Assembly: GCA_963717335.1 (NCBI GenBank)
Contig: CAVQVZ010000009.1
Location: forward strand, 7,063 to 71,062
Direction of reading: 5' to 3'
Length of the DNA: 64,000 bases
Source of the DNA: an uncultured Gammaproteobacteria bacterium
Lineage (GTDB): Bacteria; Pseudomonadota; Gammaproteobacteria; Steroidobacterales; Steroidobacteraceae
The notes beneath the pieces were generated by a model, which ran no database searches, was not told the DNA's origin, and saw only the letters and a list, made by a program, of their open reading frames with translations. The translations under genes were made by a program, and so were the position numbers. Within the stretch, counting starts at the first letter, position 1; each line of letters begins with the position of its first letter. This document shows, piece by piece, positions 10,054 through 19,183 of the stretch.

Positions 10054-10341
10054 TTATTCCTTCGCCGCGTCGCACGACACCGTGCCCGTGGCCAAGAAAG
10101 TGAGTTCCTCGTCGGTAAACTTGCCCTGCGCCATAACCCACCTGGCCCGGTGCGCGAGGGCGGCATCGACCACCACCCGGCAGGGTAATGCCTGGCCCAG
10201 CAAGGTCGAATCGGGCACAACGTGACTGGCGATGCCTTCCGCCATGAGAGTTCCTACCAATGCATGGGCCGAGGGCAAGTCGGGTGCGGTCGTCAGGACA
10301 TGCCATTCTTGTTTTTTTTCAGACACGCACCTGTGCTCCAT
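10054..10341 (-). CDS. DUF2007-like small protein
   Basis: ORF 10054..10353; ...WHVLTTAPDLPSAHALVGTLMAEGI... The start overlaps the last codons of the GST gene. Confidence 0.45.
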   Translation of the reverse strand: MEHRCVSEKKQEWHVLTTAPDLPSAHALVGTLMAEGIASHVVPDSTLLGQALPCRVVVDAALAHRARWVMAQGKFTDEELTFLATGTVSCDAAKE

Positions 10342-10978
10342 CCGCCGCCGCAAAATGCGCCATCTGGTCTGCGTGAGCCTTCACGAACGACGGGCGCGCG
10401 GTGGCACGCTCGACATAGCCGCGGCAGGCGGGAAAACCCGATAGTCCATCGAAACGATCGACGAGGCGCAGAACATCCGCCATCAGGATGTCGGCGACGG
10501 AAAAGGTTCCCGCCAACCATTCGCGATTTGCAAGCAGAGGTTCAAGGTGCCCCAGCCGGGATTTCTTGAGGAACTCATCGAACAATTTCCATGCCGAAGT
10601 GTCACGCGGTTCGCCGGTAAATATCAATATGGACCATGGCAGGCTCGCCGCTTCCACCGAATTGAGCGCCGAGAATAACCACTGCTTAACTTCGGCGCGA
10701 CCATGATGATCGGCTGGCATCAGCGCGTTGCTGCGCTCGCCCAGGTAAAGAAGGATTGCACCGCTCTCGAAAATCGACAGGTCTCCGTCAGTCAACCACG
10801 GCACCTGGCCAAACGGCTGGTGTGAAAAGTGCTCGGTAGCCCTATTACGGAATGACACACTTTCGACTCGATAGGGCAATTGGGCCTCTTCCAGGGCCCA
10901 GCGCACCCGTAGATCTCGCACGTAGCCACGCGGCTTCTGTGGTACCCAATCGAATGTGGTGAGGATAAGGTCCGTCAT
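10319..10978 (-). CDS. glutathione S-transferase
   Basis: 219-aa ORF with N-terminal thioredoxin-like part (...FGQVPWLTDGDLSIFESGAILLYL...) and a helical C-domain. Confidence 0.85.
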   Translation of the reverse strand: MTDLILTTFDWVPQKPRGYVRDLRVRWALEEAQLPYRVESVSFRNRATEHFSHQPFGQVPWLTDGDLSIFESGAILLYLGERSNALMPADHHGRAEVKQWLFSALNSVEAASLPWSILIFTGEPRDTSAWKLFDEFLKKSRLGHLEPLLANREWLAGTFSVADILMADVLRLVDRFDGLSGFPACRGYVERATARPSFVKAHADQMAHFAAADGAQVRV

Positions 10979-11002
10979 CGAATGGTGATCTCCTCGTAAG
11001 GG

Positions 11003-11086
11003 TCATGCATTGCCGTCAATGGGCGTCGGCACTTGTGCCTGGGCTGGAGTGGTTGGCGGTACTGGTCAGCGCTCGATGCATATACC
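11003..11086 (-). repeat. decayed attC remnant (weak)
   Basis: ...gggcgtcggcac...ggtcagcgctcgatgcatatacc echoes family-1 ...gcgccgcgggcac...ttcacgcggcgctcgatgcggttgttagg. It lies between ORFs 11164.. and ..10978. Confidence 0.3.
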
Positions 11087-11163
11087 GGCCGAACACCCCT
11101 CAATCTCCTCGGTCTCCTGATATGGAATCTTGCCTATCGGCACTTACATCGGGTCGCGGCCGT

Positions 11164-11607
11164 CTATAGGCGCAGACTCATAGACTCGCCAACGGCGAGT
11201 GCTTGCCATTTGCAATCAAGCTCCCTGATTTTACCGCGGACCATCCGAATGTCCTCCGCCGTCACCGCCAACATTGGGCATTCGCGAGCTTCGCAAGTTA
11301 CCCGGTAGAGTTCAAGGATGTCATCGAGAGCTGCGGCTCCGCCAGACCATTCATCGCCTTGCAACACCTCTACTAGGCGTTCCACACCATCGCTGTGCGG
11401 CTCGGGACCCATTTGAAAGGTCGCCCTCTCGCCTTGACCTATGCGCGTTAGGAATCCACGTTTCTGCAGGGTGCTTTCGACCGCGTAGTGCACCATATCG
11501 TGTGGGATGATGCGCTGCTTCGGACAGTCAATGATTTCCACTTGGCCCTCGCGCATCACGCGCATGTGATCGCACTTTCCGGAGCCTTTGGTAAATGTAA
11601 TATCCAT
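11164..11607 (-). CDS. hypothetical protein
   Basis: ORF 11164..11733 trimmed to MDITFTKGSGK (cat 11605-11607). No family recognised. Confidence 0.5.
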   Translation of the reverse strand: MDITFTKGSGKCDHMRVMREGQVEIIDCPKQRIIPHDMVHYAVESTLQKRGFLTRIGQGERATFQMGPEPHSDGVERLVEVLQGDEWSGGAAALDDILELYRVTCEARECPMLAVTAEDIRMVRGKIRELDCKWQALAVGESMSLRL

Positions 11608-11648
11608 TTGTGTCCGTTCGCGGTCGAAACCGCTCCGGCTTAGGAACA

Positions 11649-11876
11649 CTAGGGGTCGGAGCCGCCGCAGCAATCGCGTTGCTGTTGGATCGGCGGGCAT
11701 TTCACCGAACCATACGAACAAAAGACACAGCAATCACCCGGTGCCGGCTTGAGAATTACGTGACAGCCGGGACACTGATGAAAATATATGCACGCGTCGG
11801 TGGGCATCGTTTCAATGGTTTGGAGCCCGCACGTGGGACAGCTAAGGACAGATTGGAGAATCAGTTGTGAATTCAT
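11649..11876 (-). CDS. GDCCVxC-domain Cys-rich small protein
   Basis: 75-aa ORF with CPTCG, CPGC, GDCCVFC and CC motifs. Confidence 0.65.
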   Translation of the reverse strand: MNSQLILQSVLSCPTCGLQTIETMPTDACIYFHQCPGCHVILKPAPGDCCVFCSYGSVKCPPIQQQRDCCGGSDP

Positions 11877-11978
11877 AGACTTGGAAATAGCCTGCGGAGT
11901 TCCCTCGCCCGGCGAAGGTTTATGCCGCTAGCGCTTTACGCAAAACTTAAGAAACTCCAAGTTGGCTGAGTAGCAGGA

Positions 11979-12167
11979 TCATGTTATGCGCGATCTAAAT
12001 GCCCAAACCGAAAGTCCGCCCGCAACGATCGCGGCAACACAGGAGAACATTAAAGGGACGGTAAAGGGGCCGATCTGAACCGCCCATCCGGCCAGTACTC
12101 GTGCTGCTTGAAGAACGGCCACTAGTGCAAAAACGACGCCTGATACTAAGGGGTAGCCATTGACCAT
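11979..12167 (-). CDS. possible small two-helix membrane protein
   Basis: Hydrophobic C-terminal 62 aa (MVNGYPLVSGVVFALVAV...) of ORF 11979..12368. Start uncertain. Confidence 0.3.
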   Translation of the reverse strand: MVNGYPLVSGVVFALVAVLQAARVLAGWAVQIGPFTVPLMFSCVAAIVAGGLSVWAFRSRIT

Positions 12168-12228
12168 AAATTGCGACCTCGGCTGTAATTTAAGTGCAGT
12201 CAAAATCGGTAGCCATTCAACCCGAACG

Positions 12229-12591
12229 TCACGTCGGTGGCTCGGGCGGTTGTGACTCTTGCTGAGACACCAGTGCACGCCAAAGCCGGGCAAGCATGAC
12301 CAATCCGGTAATTCCCATGCTCCATGCCAAAAAAAGAAACAGATATCCGCGCGGCCTGGAGTTACCAAGGAGTCCCATCGTGGCGAGCATGAGGTTCCCT
12401 ATGACTATCAGTACAAGAAACAGAACAGCGCCCCCCTGCAACCAAGCCCGTCCGCCGGAACTATTGGGCTGGGATTCGTCTGGGTCAGCCTGGGTGTTTC
12501 CTGACTGTCTAGGGTTTGCACGAGCTGCGCGGCTATTTTCGTCCAGCGCTGATGTTTTATGCATGGATTGCTCTCTTGATGCGCTCGTCAA
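12229..12591 (-). CDS. membrane protein, unknown function
   Basis: 120-aa ORF with a polar N-terminus followed by two hydrophobic helices. Confidence 0.4.
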   Translation of the reverse strand: MTSASREQSMHKTSALDENSRAARANPRQSGNTQADPDESQPNSSGGRAWLQGGAVLFLVLIVIGNLMLATMGLLGNSRPRGYLFLFLAWSMGITGLVMLARLWRALVSQQESQPPEPPT

Positions 12592-12857
12592 ACTTGGATT
12601 TCACGGAGACTCCCTTTTCCCTACCGCCGCGCAGCCATCTCGCTGTATTTGCCCAAGAAGCGGCCCATAGACCGCTCGCTCTGCGAATTTAGAATCAATC
12701 CACTCGCCTGATGTGCCTTAAGGCACCAAAATGAACAGTGCACCGATGTTTGTCAAATATGCTCTCAATACGAGTGCCCTTTAACCTGATGATGACCTGC
12801 AAGATGCCGATGCGCCGCCGCGACGTTTTGCTGTGGCAGTGTCGGTCTTGCTTGGGG

Positions 12858-13670
12858 TCAGTTTTCGACCGTGATCACCAGCGCCTGGAGCTTGCCATCC
12901 ACGGAATGCGTTCCGAACCGCTGTGTCAGTGCGGCCGACGCCGTGTTAGTCGCCTCGGCGAGTCGAGAGGCGTCGCGCGCCTCGATCTCATTTCTGAGCG
13001 GCGTGCCCTGACAGTAAGCGATGGCGGGCACATCAGCCGATGCCGCGCGGCTCCGCGCTGTGACGGTGGCTATACGAGAGGGCTTGGTAAATCCACCTTC
13101 CGCAAGGTCGCGCTTGATTATCGATCGGCTGTGATAGCCGTGGGGTGTCCGGGCCAGGAACCGGGGCGGGTCTTTGGGAAAGACCGTCTCCAGGGCCAGC
13201 GTGACTGTGTCGGCGAATTCGTTCTCTGAGATCCGGTCCCAGACATTGAAGATGAACATGCCGCCTGGCTTGAGCACGCGGCGTGTTTCAGCGAAGGCCT
13301 TGGGCTTGTCAGGGAAGAACATCACGCCGAACTGACATATCACGACGTCGAATTGCGCATCCGGAAAGGGCAGTGCCATGGCGTCGGCCTGTTGCCACTG
13401 CACGGGGCGCGGCGTACCCAAGCTCGCCGCTTCGTCGAGCATCGCCTGATTCAGGTCGGTCGCCACGATCGACATCGCTTCGTTTTCGATAGTTGCCAGA
13501 GCACGTGTCACCACGCCAGTGCCCGCAGCGAGTTCCAATAAACGTGAAACCTTCATCGCCTCAATGCGTCCCTTCAGCTCTGCAGCGTACGGCTCGAAGA
13601 TCAGAGGCACGAGATAGGTTTCGTAGAGCCTTGGGATGGACCCGTCGAAGACCTTGTCGCTGTCGGACAT
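12858..13670 (-). CDS. class I SAM-dependent methyltransferase
   Basis: 270-aa ORF with motif I ...LLELAAGTGVVTRALA... and ...FDVVICQFGVMFF... Confidence 0.85.
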   Translation of the reverse strand: MSDSDKVFDGSIPRLYETYLVPLIFEPYAAELKGRIEAMKVSRLLELAAGTGVVTRALATIENEAMSIVATDLNQAMLDEAASLGTPRPVQWQQADAMALPFPDAQFDVVICQFGVMFFPDKPKAFAETRRVLKPGGMFIFNVWDRISENEFADTVTLALETVFPKDPPRFLARTPHGYHSRSIIKRDLAEGGFTKPSRIATVTARSRAASADVPAIAYCQGTPLRNEIEARDASRLAEATNTASAALTQRFGTHSVDGKLQALVITVEN

Positions 13671-13850
13671 CGATGTCTCCTACCCTACGGATGGGAACGC
13701 TAAGCCCGGCAACCGCACACCGGCATTTTGCCGCGCGGGCGGTGCAACCTGCTCGCGATTAAAGCAGCCACGGCAGATCAGGGTATGGGTTCGGATTCTT
13801 CGCAATTGACTATTGCGCAGCCGGGCTAAGTAACGCCCAGCCCCAGCTCG

Positions 13851-14273
13851 TCATCTAAAGGCTCCAATGGCCGCCCTTACGACCATTAGCCACAATGCCC
13901 CGGCAGAAATAACGTACAGGACAAATCTCAGGGGTATGAAATTAAAGGTGCAATGCACCGCGCTGTGCAAGGCCCGGAACGCAAAAAAGATCCACGCCGC
14001 AGTGACATACGGGGCATCTACCTGGTTGGTGGCGTACAAGTAGAGCACGGTCGCGTAGAAAACCGTGGGCAGCTCAAACAGGTTCTTGAGATTGTCGGAG
14101 GGACTGGACACCCCGGGTGGCGATACCCGGGCCAGTTCCTGAGGGGTCATCTGCTGGGAGTCGAGGCCCTTAGCGAATATGAACGAGAGCCGGCGACAAT
14201 ACATATACAGCCACACCGCAAGCGTCAGAAGCATGGTGGCGAAGAATGGCTGGAAAATGACGGCTTGTTTCAT
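13851..14273 (-). CDS. MAPEG family membrane protein
   Basis: 140-aa four-helix ORF with ...NLFELPTVFY... and ...RALHSAVH... motifs. Confidence 0.6.
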   Translation of the reverse strand: MKQAVIFQPFFATMLLTLAVWLYMYCRRLSFIFAKGLDSQQMTPQELARVSPPGVSSPSDNLKNLFELPTVFYATVLYLYATNQVDAPYVTAAWIFFAFRALHSAVHCTFNFIPLRFVLYVISAGALWLMVVRAAIGAFR

Positions 14274-14461
14274 TTGCTCTACCTGTCAGCTGGCGTCCAG
14301 GGCAAGTGTCTCCGATTGCTGGACGTGAGCAGCTGGCGGAGCTCGTTGCAGTATGGAGCCAACCAGGGCGTCGCCCGTTCCCGTCGATCGATTGGTACGC
14401 CAAACACCGGGCCAGCACATCGCAAATCGGCCATCTGACCGGAGGTAAGGCAGCGAGCGGT

Positions 14462-14929
14462 TCACTTGGGCTTTATTCGGTAGCCCGACACCGTGAATGC
14501 AATGGGCTCACCGCTAGGAGTCCCGCTGTGATCGAAGAAATGAGCACTGCCGCTGCCCCGCATGTCATCGGCCTGCACATGCACTGAAAACGTGAGCTCA
14601 CCACGGCTTACTAACTTATGTGTCGAGCGATCGGCCGTAACCTCTATAAACCGTCCGGCAATGTGATCGCCCTCGGCAATCCAAGCGCCCATGCCGTTGC
14701 TGTCGCTCGTGCGAGGATCACCCGCATCAGGGTTGCTCTGGAGCAAAGTACCGTCCGCATGGAAGATAATCAGGTGCTGCGGAAAGGGGGCTTCAGGGAT
14801 CGTCACGAGCCAGGCACCGACAATCGGCTGAACCGATCCGCCACTGGTCGGGAGCGTGCCACACCCGATCAACGCGATGGCGCATAGCCCGAGCAAGCCG
14901 ATGAGGCGGGCGTCTGTGAGTGGCTTCAT
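14462..14929 (-). CDS. lipoprotein, unknown function
   Basis: ORF 14462..14983 trimmed to MKPLTDARLIGLLGLCAIALIGC (lipobox LIGC). Confidence 0.55.
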   Translation of the reverse strand: MKPLTDARLIGLLGLCAIALIGCGTLPTSGGSVQPIVGAWLVTIPEAPFPQHLIIFHADGTLLQSNPDAGDPRTSDSNGMGAWIAEGDHIAGRFIEVTADRSTHKLVSRGELTFSVHVQADDMRGSGSAHFFDHSGTPSGEPIAFTVSGYRIKPK

Positions 14930-14987
14930 GACAGTTCGATCACCCGGCGCGCTGTGCGATTGCTGCAAGTCCTGGCCATCCAAAGCG

Positions 14988-15347
14988 CTAGTCCAGATAC
15001 TTCCATGTCGAGGCTCCGTCCAGGTGTCGAATGCGTATGTTCATTACTACCGCTGGGTCAAGGTTCCTGGCATTGACACCCACCCGGCCCGAACCCGACC
15101 TGTTTACTTCCTCCCAGTGCGTGACGCAACCGCAACTTTGACATCGGACAAACCGGATACTTCTCTCTCCCCATGAATACGATGACTTTGCCCCACGCGC
15201 GCCCCGGATCCGGACATCCTTTTGCTTGTAATAAGCCCAGAGCGCTCCGTAGCGCCGGCATATGGAACAGTTGCAATCGGTAAGCGTGCGAGGCGTCCGA
15301 GATAAGCCGATTCTTATCGCTCCGCAATGGCAAGACGCTTCAATCAT
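14988..15347 (-). CDS. GFA (glutathione-dependent formaldehyde-activating/CENP-V) family protein
   Basis: 119-aa ORF with CHCG...CNCSICRR...C.SCG zinc-Cys pattern. Confidence 0.8.
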   Translation of the reverse strand: MIEASCHCGAIRIGLSRTPRTLTDCNCSICRRYGALWAYYKQKDVRIRGARGAKSSYSWGERSIRFVRCQSCGCVTHWEEVNRSGSGRVGVNARNLDPAVVMNIRIRHLDGASTWKYLD

Positions 15348-15365
15348 CAGATGATCCCCGGTATT

Positions 15366-15448
15366 CCTGGCGTCTCGCCAGGGCGCCGGGCAATTACGCT
15401 TGAACTTGGTGCTGTATGGTTCACGCGCGCTCCATTGGGCTATTAGAG
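15366..15448 (-). repeat. decayed attC (family 1) with both core boxes mutated
   Basis: The plus strand cctggcgtctcgccagggcgccgggcaattacgcttgaacttggtgctgtatggttcacgcgcgctccattgggctattagag aligns along its whole length to the family-1 repeat. R' is CCAGG instead of GTTAG, and R'' is TAATA instead of TAAC. Confidence 0.7.
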
Positions 15449-15605
15449 AGGTGGCATGCGCGAGACCGAAAACGATGCCTCAGTGAGGCTATGCATTGCT
15501 TCCTTTGGGCTCGGTTGGATGTTCCGGAAGCACTCCGGCTCGACCGCTCCGGGGAAAGTCGTACCGGACAAACGCTTATCCAAGAGACTGCGCAATACCA
15601 CACAG

Positions 15606-16013
15606 TTAGTCGACGACTCTCCGCCAGCCGACAGCCAAGCCATTTTCAACCTCCATGCCAACGCCGATCGCCTGAACCTTGCCGTTCGCCAGCCAGGACA
15701 CCTTGTAAATATCCCCGATCTTGGTGATGACCAAGTCGTATTCGTCAGAAAACTCACCGCTGTCGTAGAAGTAGCGTACGTGGTAATTGCCGACGAACCC
15801 CGACTTCGGCCCGCCTGTTGCGATCCCGGGTCCGCTGTACTTGGTTGAGTACATCCATCTTGCGTTTAGGGTTCCCGGCGCGAGGCTCTTTGTGTACAGC
15901 ACGAAGCCGATATTCGATCCATCGGGGGATTCTGGCGCAGCAACAACTGGCGTACAGAACGACACCCACAGCAATCCTGTCAGTGATACTGCTGTCAAGC
16001 TGGCTCTATACAT
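15606..16013 (-). CDS. secreted protein, unknown function
   Basis: ORF 15606..16163 trimmed to MYRASLTAVSLTGLLWVSFCTPVVAAPE (signal-peptide-like). Confidence 0.5.
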   Translation of the reverse strand: MYRASLTAVSLTGLLWVSFCTPVVAAPESPDGSNIGFVLYTKSLAPGTLNARWMYSTKYSGPGIATGGPKSGFVGNYHVRYFYDSGEFSDEYDLVITKIGDIYKVSWLANGKVQAIGVGMEVENGLAVGWRRVVD

Positions 16014-16261
16014 AGCTCGTCCTCTCCGTATGCCAGACACGATGTTATAAGTCCTAACGCTGCGCATGAATACCCCAAACACTCGCGCTGGCTGCGGCAC
16101 TTTACCTCTCATGCGCGTGCTCGATACGGTTTTAGGTAGCGGCAATGGGGGCGACTTCATCATAACCGGCGTTCTATTGCGTCCGTTGCGTGATCCAGAC
16201 GGCCGTCACGGTCAGAGAATGTCCGACCAATTTCGAAATAAGCGCCATTCCAGTACCGCGC

Positions 16262-16603
16262 TCAAGACCGCGGGTCGAACCCGAAGACGCGCAGTTCTTG
16301 GTCGCATCGACAGGCTTTGGCGATACGCGCCGCCCACGCGATGGCTTCCTCGCGCGAGGCCAGCTCCAACACGGTGAAGCCGCCATCAAGCGAAGGCGCC
16401 CAAGAATAGCCGCCCATGGCCACCGTCCCGTCAGCGGAGACGAGCACGGGCGGCACGTTCTCATCGATGCCGCCGCCGAAGACGTAGACACCGGCGGCTT
16501 TCGCCTCATCAATCACAGCGTGCGCGGCGCGCCCTACCGCTTCCCATTCGCCATCGGCCACTACCATTGCCGCGCTCGGAAAGGAGATCAGGTATTTGGC
16601 CAC
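16262..16603 (-). CDS. YCII-related domain protein
   Basis: 113-aa ORF; MAKYLISF...EAKAAGVYVFGGG... typical of the YciI family. Confidence 0.7.
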   Translation of the reverse strand: MAKYLISFPSAAMVVADGEWEAVGRAAHAVIDEAKAAGVYVFGGGIDENVPPVLVSADGTVAMGGYSWAPSLDGGFTVLELASREEAIAWAARIAKACRCDQELRVFGFDPRS

Positions 16604-16733
16604 GGTGGTCCTGCTGGAAATTGACCGCAGATCTGAATCCCGTTTGCCGCCGGAGGCGCACGGTCATGCACTGGCCGAGCACGCAGGACAGGAGCCGCCG
16701 GCTGCAGTGCGTTATAGGTGGTGGCCTCCGCCA

Positions 16734-17237
16734 TCATGGCTGCGGCGGTGCGCCGGTCCGTAGTTGGCGCTGGTATTCAGATTCATCGTAGTGGCCCTCC
16801 GATTTCGCGATGTGCCCGGCGGGATCCATAGTCCACTCCTCATACCCGGTAATTCGGACGAACTTCCCCGTGCCGCCCGGCCCGGTGTTGGTGCCTGTCC
16901 AACGCCAGCGGAAGACCGGATGAGCTCCATGTTGATCCATGCGCTCGAGCTTTACGACCATGTCCGGGAAAGCACTCATGAAGGACTGCGCTTTTTTAGC
17001 AATCGCGGCACGGCCTGTAGACGGTGGCCCTCCATTGACGATAAGGGATCCATTTTCTGAATAGAACGAAGCCAATTTCGCGGGATCCTGACTGCTCCAG
17101 GCCGCTGCGTAGCGTGTTCCCATATCGGTGAGGTCGTTCTTGATGGGTTTCTCCTGGGGGTGGCAGGCAACCGACGCGATTACCGCCGCGCTGAGAAATC
17201 CAATCAGGATCACTTTTGCCATGCTAATCCCCTTCAT
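16734..17237 (-). CDS. SnoaL-like (NTF2 fold) lipoprotein
   Basis: ORF 16734..17375 trimmed to MKGISMAKVILIGFLSAAVIASVAC (lipobox); ...YAAAWSSQDPAKLASFYSENGSL... pattern. Confidence 0.65.
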   Translation of the reverse strand: MKGISMAKVILIGFLSAAVIASVACHPQEKPIKNDLTDMGTRYAAAWSSQDPAKLASFYSENGSLIVNGGPPSTGRAAIAKKAQSFMSAFPDMVVKLERMDQHGAHPVFRWRWTGTNTGPGGTGKFVRITGYEEWTMDPAGHIAKSEGHYDESEYQRQLRTGAPPQP

Positions 17238-17393
17238 ATCAGCGATACAATCGCGCAGGCGGAGCGGCCCTGTTCCGCAGGCAGCGGCCTGCCTTGAGAG
17301 TCGAACAAAAGCGCGATCCCTGCAAGTTTTCGGCGGAATCGCCGGTGGGGGGCACCACCGTCGCATCACATCCACCGGGGCTAGCGGTAGACG

Positions 17394-17606
17394 TCACTTG
17401 CGCCATGCGGTGTACCCAAAAAAGAACGCAGCTGTGATGCCGAGCTTAAATAGTATGCTCGTCCAATATGACCACGGCGCCTCAGACCGGCAGTACGAGC
17501 GCCATGCGCCTCTGGCCTCGCCCGTGTAAGCCTCATAAGCGCAGAAGCCAAGCAACCCAAGCCCAATCAGAATTTCAATCACTCGGTGAATGGTCGCGGC
17601 GGGCAT
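17394..17606 (-). CDS. small membrane protein; last cassette ORF, with no attC of its own
   Basis: ORF 17394..17639 starts inside attC-01 (MPAALMRSVR is attC-encoded). Trimmed to the ATG 4 nt after the R' box. No attC follows its stop. Confidence 0.4.
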   Translation of the reverse strand: MPAATIHRVIEILIGLGLLGFCAYEAYTGEARGAWRSYCRSEAPWSYWTSILFKLGITAAFFFGYTAWRK

Positions 17607-17609
17607 TCG

Positions 17610-17694
17610 TCTAACGCTCCGCATGAGCGCCGCGGGCACACATGCTTGAGCTTGGCAGTTTATGGTTCACACGGCGCTCGATACGGTTGTCAGG
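17610..17694 (-). repeat. attC-01 (family 1)
   Basis: Plus strand tctaacgctccgcatgagcgccgcgggcac...ggttgtcagg. R'' core TAAC>TGAC. Confidence 0.8.
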
Positions 17695-17708
17695 CTGCTG
17701 GCGCGCGG

Positions 17709-18077
17709 TTACGACTTTCGATCAAATGACACCACAATGAGTGTGGTACACATCGAAGCGCTGACCTGAAATTCCCAGTGCTTAACGAAATCTACAGCGG
17801 CTTGTGAAGCGCACTCGGCCGTACGGCTAGGGGTCATCGCAACGGAGGTGGCCACAATGTCGCTGACGCCTCCACTGTGATGAAGTGTTACCGCAAGTAC
17901 CACATGGCCCGAGACCGCTCCGGCGCTGGAGCAGTACCGATCAAGGAAGTCGCTGGACTTGCCCGTGTGTCCGGTCTGATAGTCATTGGCCTTACAGTGC
18001 GGTGTCTCAGCGAACGCTGAACCAGAAATCAGGCAGGCAATTCCAGCGCCATATATCGAGGCGAGACCTTTCTTCAT
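17709..18077 (-). CDS. secreted protein with TonB-C-terminal-like domain
   Basis: 122-aa ORF with a signal peptide; ...GHVVLAVTLHHSGGVSDIVATSV...AAVDFVKHWEF... resembles TonB_C. Confidence 0.45.
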   Translation of the reverse strand: MKKGLASIYGAGIACLISGSAFAETPHCKANDYQTGHTGKSSDFLDRYCSSAGAVSGHVVLAVTLHHSGGVSDIVATSVAMTPSRTAECASQAAVDFVKHWEFQVSASMCTTLIVVSFDRKS

Positions 18078-18098
18078 TGTGATTCCTCAGCTAAGCAG

Positions 18099-18187
18099 CC
18101 CAACGCTTGAACCGTGCGCGCCGCGGAGATCCACGCTTGAGCTTAGTAGTTTATGATTCACGCGAGCACTCCATGCGATTGCTAGAC
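18099..18187 (-). repeat. attC-02 (family 1, divergent)
   Basis: cccaacgcttgaaccgtgcgcgccgcgg...ccatgcgattgctagac. R'' TAAC>TAGC. Confidence 0.7.
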
Positions 18188-18196
18188 GCCCTTACG

Positions 18197-18553
18197 CTAT
18201 TGAGTAGGAAATTGGAATAGCTTTTGGCGAAGGAAGACTTCCGACGTTTCCACGCGTCCATCAGCAAAGTGAATTTGATACGGAACTCCAGTGAGCGAGG
18301 ACACCGAGGCGCAGTATCGGATAAAGTCATCGGCAGTCCTTACCCGCGTCCCGGCATGCTTCAATTTTAAACGCAGATGATCCGCAGCGGTCTTGGCGTC
18401 GTACGCGGTGCCGTTTCTAACGAACGTTGCGTTGCCGAGTGTTTCAATCGAAGTAATCAGGAAATTGATCTTTTGATCCTCGAGGGACGCCCGGCTACCG
18501 GCAAATCCAGGAGTAAAGGCGCCGGCCAATAATAGAACCCAGACACTGCGCAC
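18197..18553 (-). CDS. secreted DUF5329-like protein
   Basis: ORF 18197..18661 begins inside attC-03. Trimmed to GTG 18553 (MRSVWVLLLAGAFTPGFAG signal); ...AYDAKTAADHLRLKLKHAG...YQIHFADG... motif recalled from DUF5329. Confidence 0.5.
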   Translation of the reverse strand: MRSVWVLLLAGAFTPGFAGSRASLEDQKINFLITSIETLGNATFVRNGTAYDAKTAADHLRLKLKHAGTRVRTADDFIRYCASVSSLTGVPYQIHFADGRVETSEVFLRQKLFQFPTQ

Positions 18554-18571
18554 ACGGTAGGACCTTGGGCG

Positions 18572-18656
18572 TCTAACGCTCCGATGAGCGTCCTTGGCAC
18601 TCAGACCTGAACTTGGCAATTCGTCGTTCAAGCGGCGCTCCATGCGATTGTTAGAC
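18572..18656 (-). repeat. attC-03 (family 1, divergent)
   Basis: tctaacgctccgatgagcgtcc...gcggcgctccatgcgattgttaga. Confidence 0.8.
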
Positions 18657-18743
18657 ACCAAGTATTAACCACGTATAGAGGGCCGAGGATACAAGACTCA
18701 AGCAAGTTCTAATTGCGTGGAGAGCGCCCCATCTAATTTGGGG

Positions 18744-18787
18744 CCGACGGCTCCGCATGAGCGCCGAGCTCGATGCGGTTGTTAGGG
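18744..18787 (-). repeat. attC-04, internally deleted mini-attC
   Basis: ccgacggctccgcatgagcgcc-gagctcgatgcggttgttaggg. The two arms of family 1 are joined without the central segment, and the R' core is mutated. Confidence 0.6.
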
Positions 18788-18791
18788 CACA

Positions 18792-19172
18792 TTACTTATC
18801 CCCACTTCGCCGGGAACCGGTGCCGTTTAGGCGCCTTTGCGCCTGGCGATGTGCGGCGTAAAGAGTGAATGCGGATACTGCGGCAAAGGCTCCAATTGAC
18901 CAGCTGATCCCAATGGACCTAAGCCATACGTCACTTTGTGACTTCGCCCAAAGCACAAGTAGATAGCCGCAGATACAGAGGAGCCAAGGCGCCGGATTGA
19001 TGAGTATTGCGGCGTAGCCAGCACTCCGACTGGCAGTGTCGGGTGTCGAGAAGAAGTAAAAATCAACGATGCGAAGGGAATACAAGACACGGGCGATCCA
19101 CTTGACGGTGATTACGGCCAAAGCCATTCCTGCAAGTGCTGCGATGTTTCCGGTCATGAATGCGGTGGACAT
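18792..19172 (-). CDS. membrane protein, unknown function
   Basis: 126-aa ORF with 3-4 hydrophobic helices. Confidence 0.55.
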   Translation of the reverse strand: MSTAFMTGNIAALAGMALAVITVKWIARVLYSLRIVDFYFFSTPDTASRSAGYAAILINPAPWLLCICGYLLVLWAKSQSDVWLRSIGISWSIGAFAAVSAFTLYAAHRQAQRRLNGTGSRRSGDK

Positions 19173-19183
19173 ATACGATGTGC

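Larger units (their letters stand above)
2826..17609 (-). other. cassette-like accessory tract with decayed attC remnants (putative fossil distal part of the integron array)
   Basis: About 28 short ORFs, all but one on the minus strand, with the same AT-richer look and functional classes as the array at 17.6-34.3 kb. Degenerate copies of the family-1 attC lie at 9223-9292, 11003-11086 and 15366-15448, in the expected position 3' of ORFs. Confidence 0.55.
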
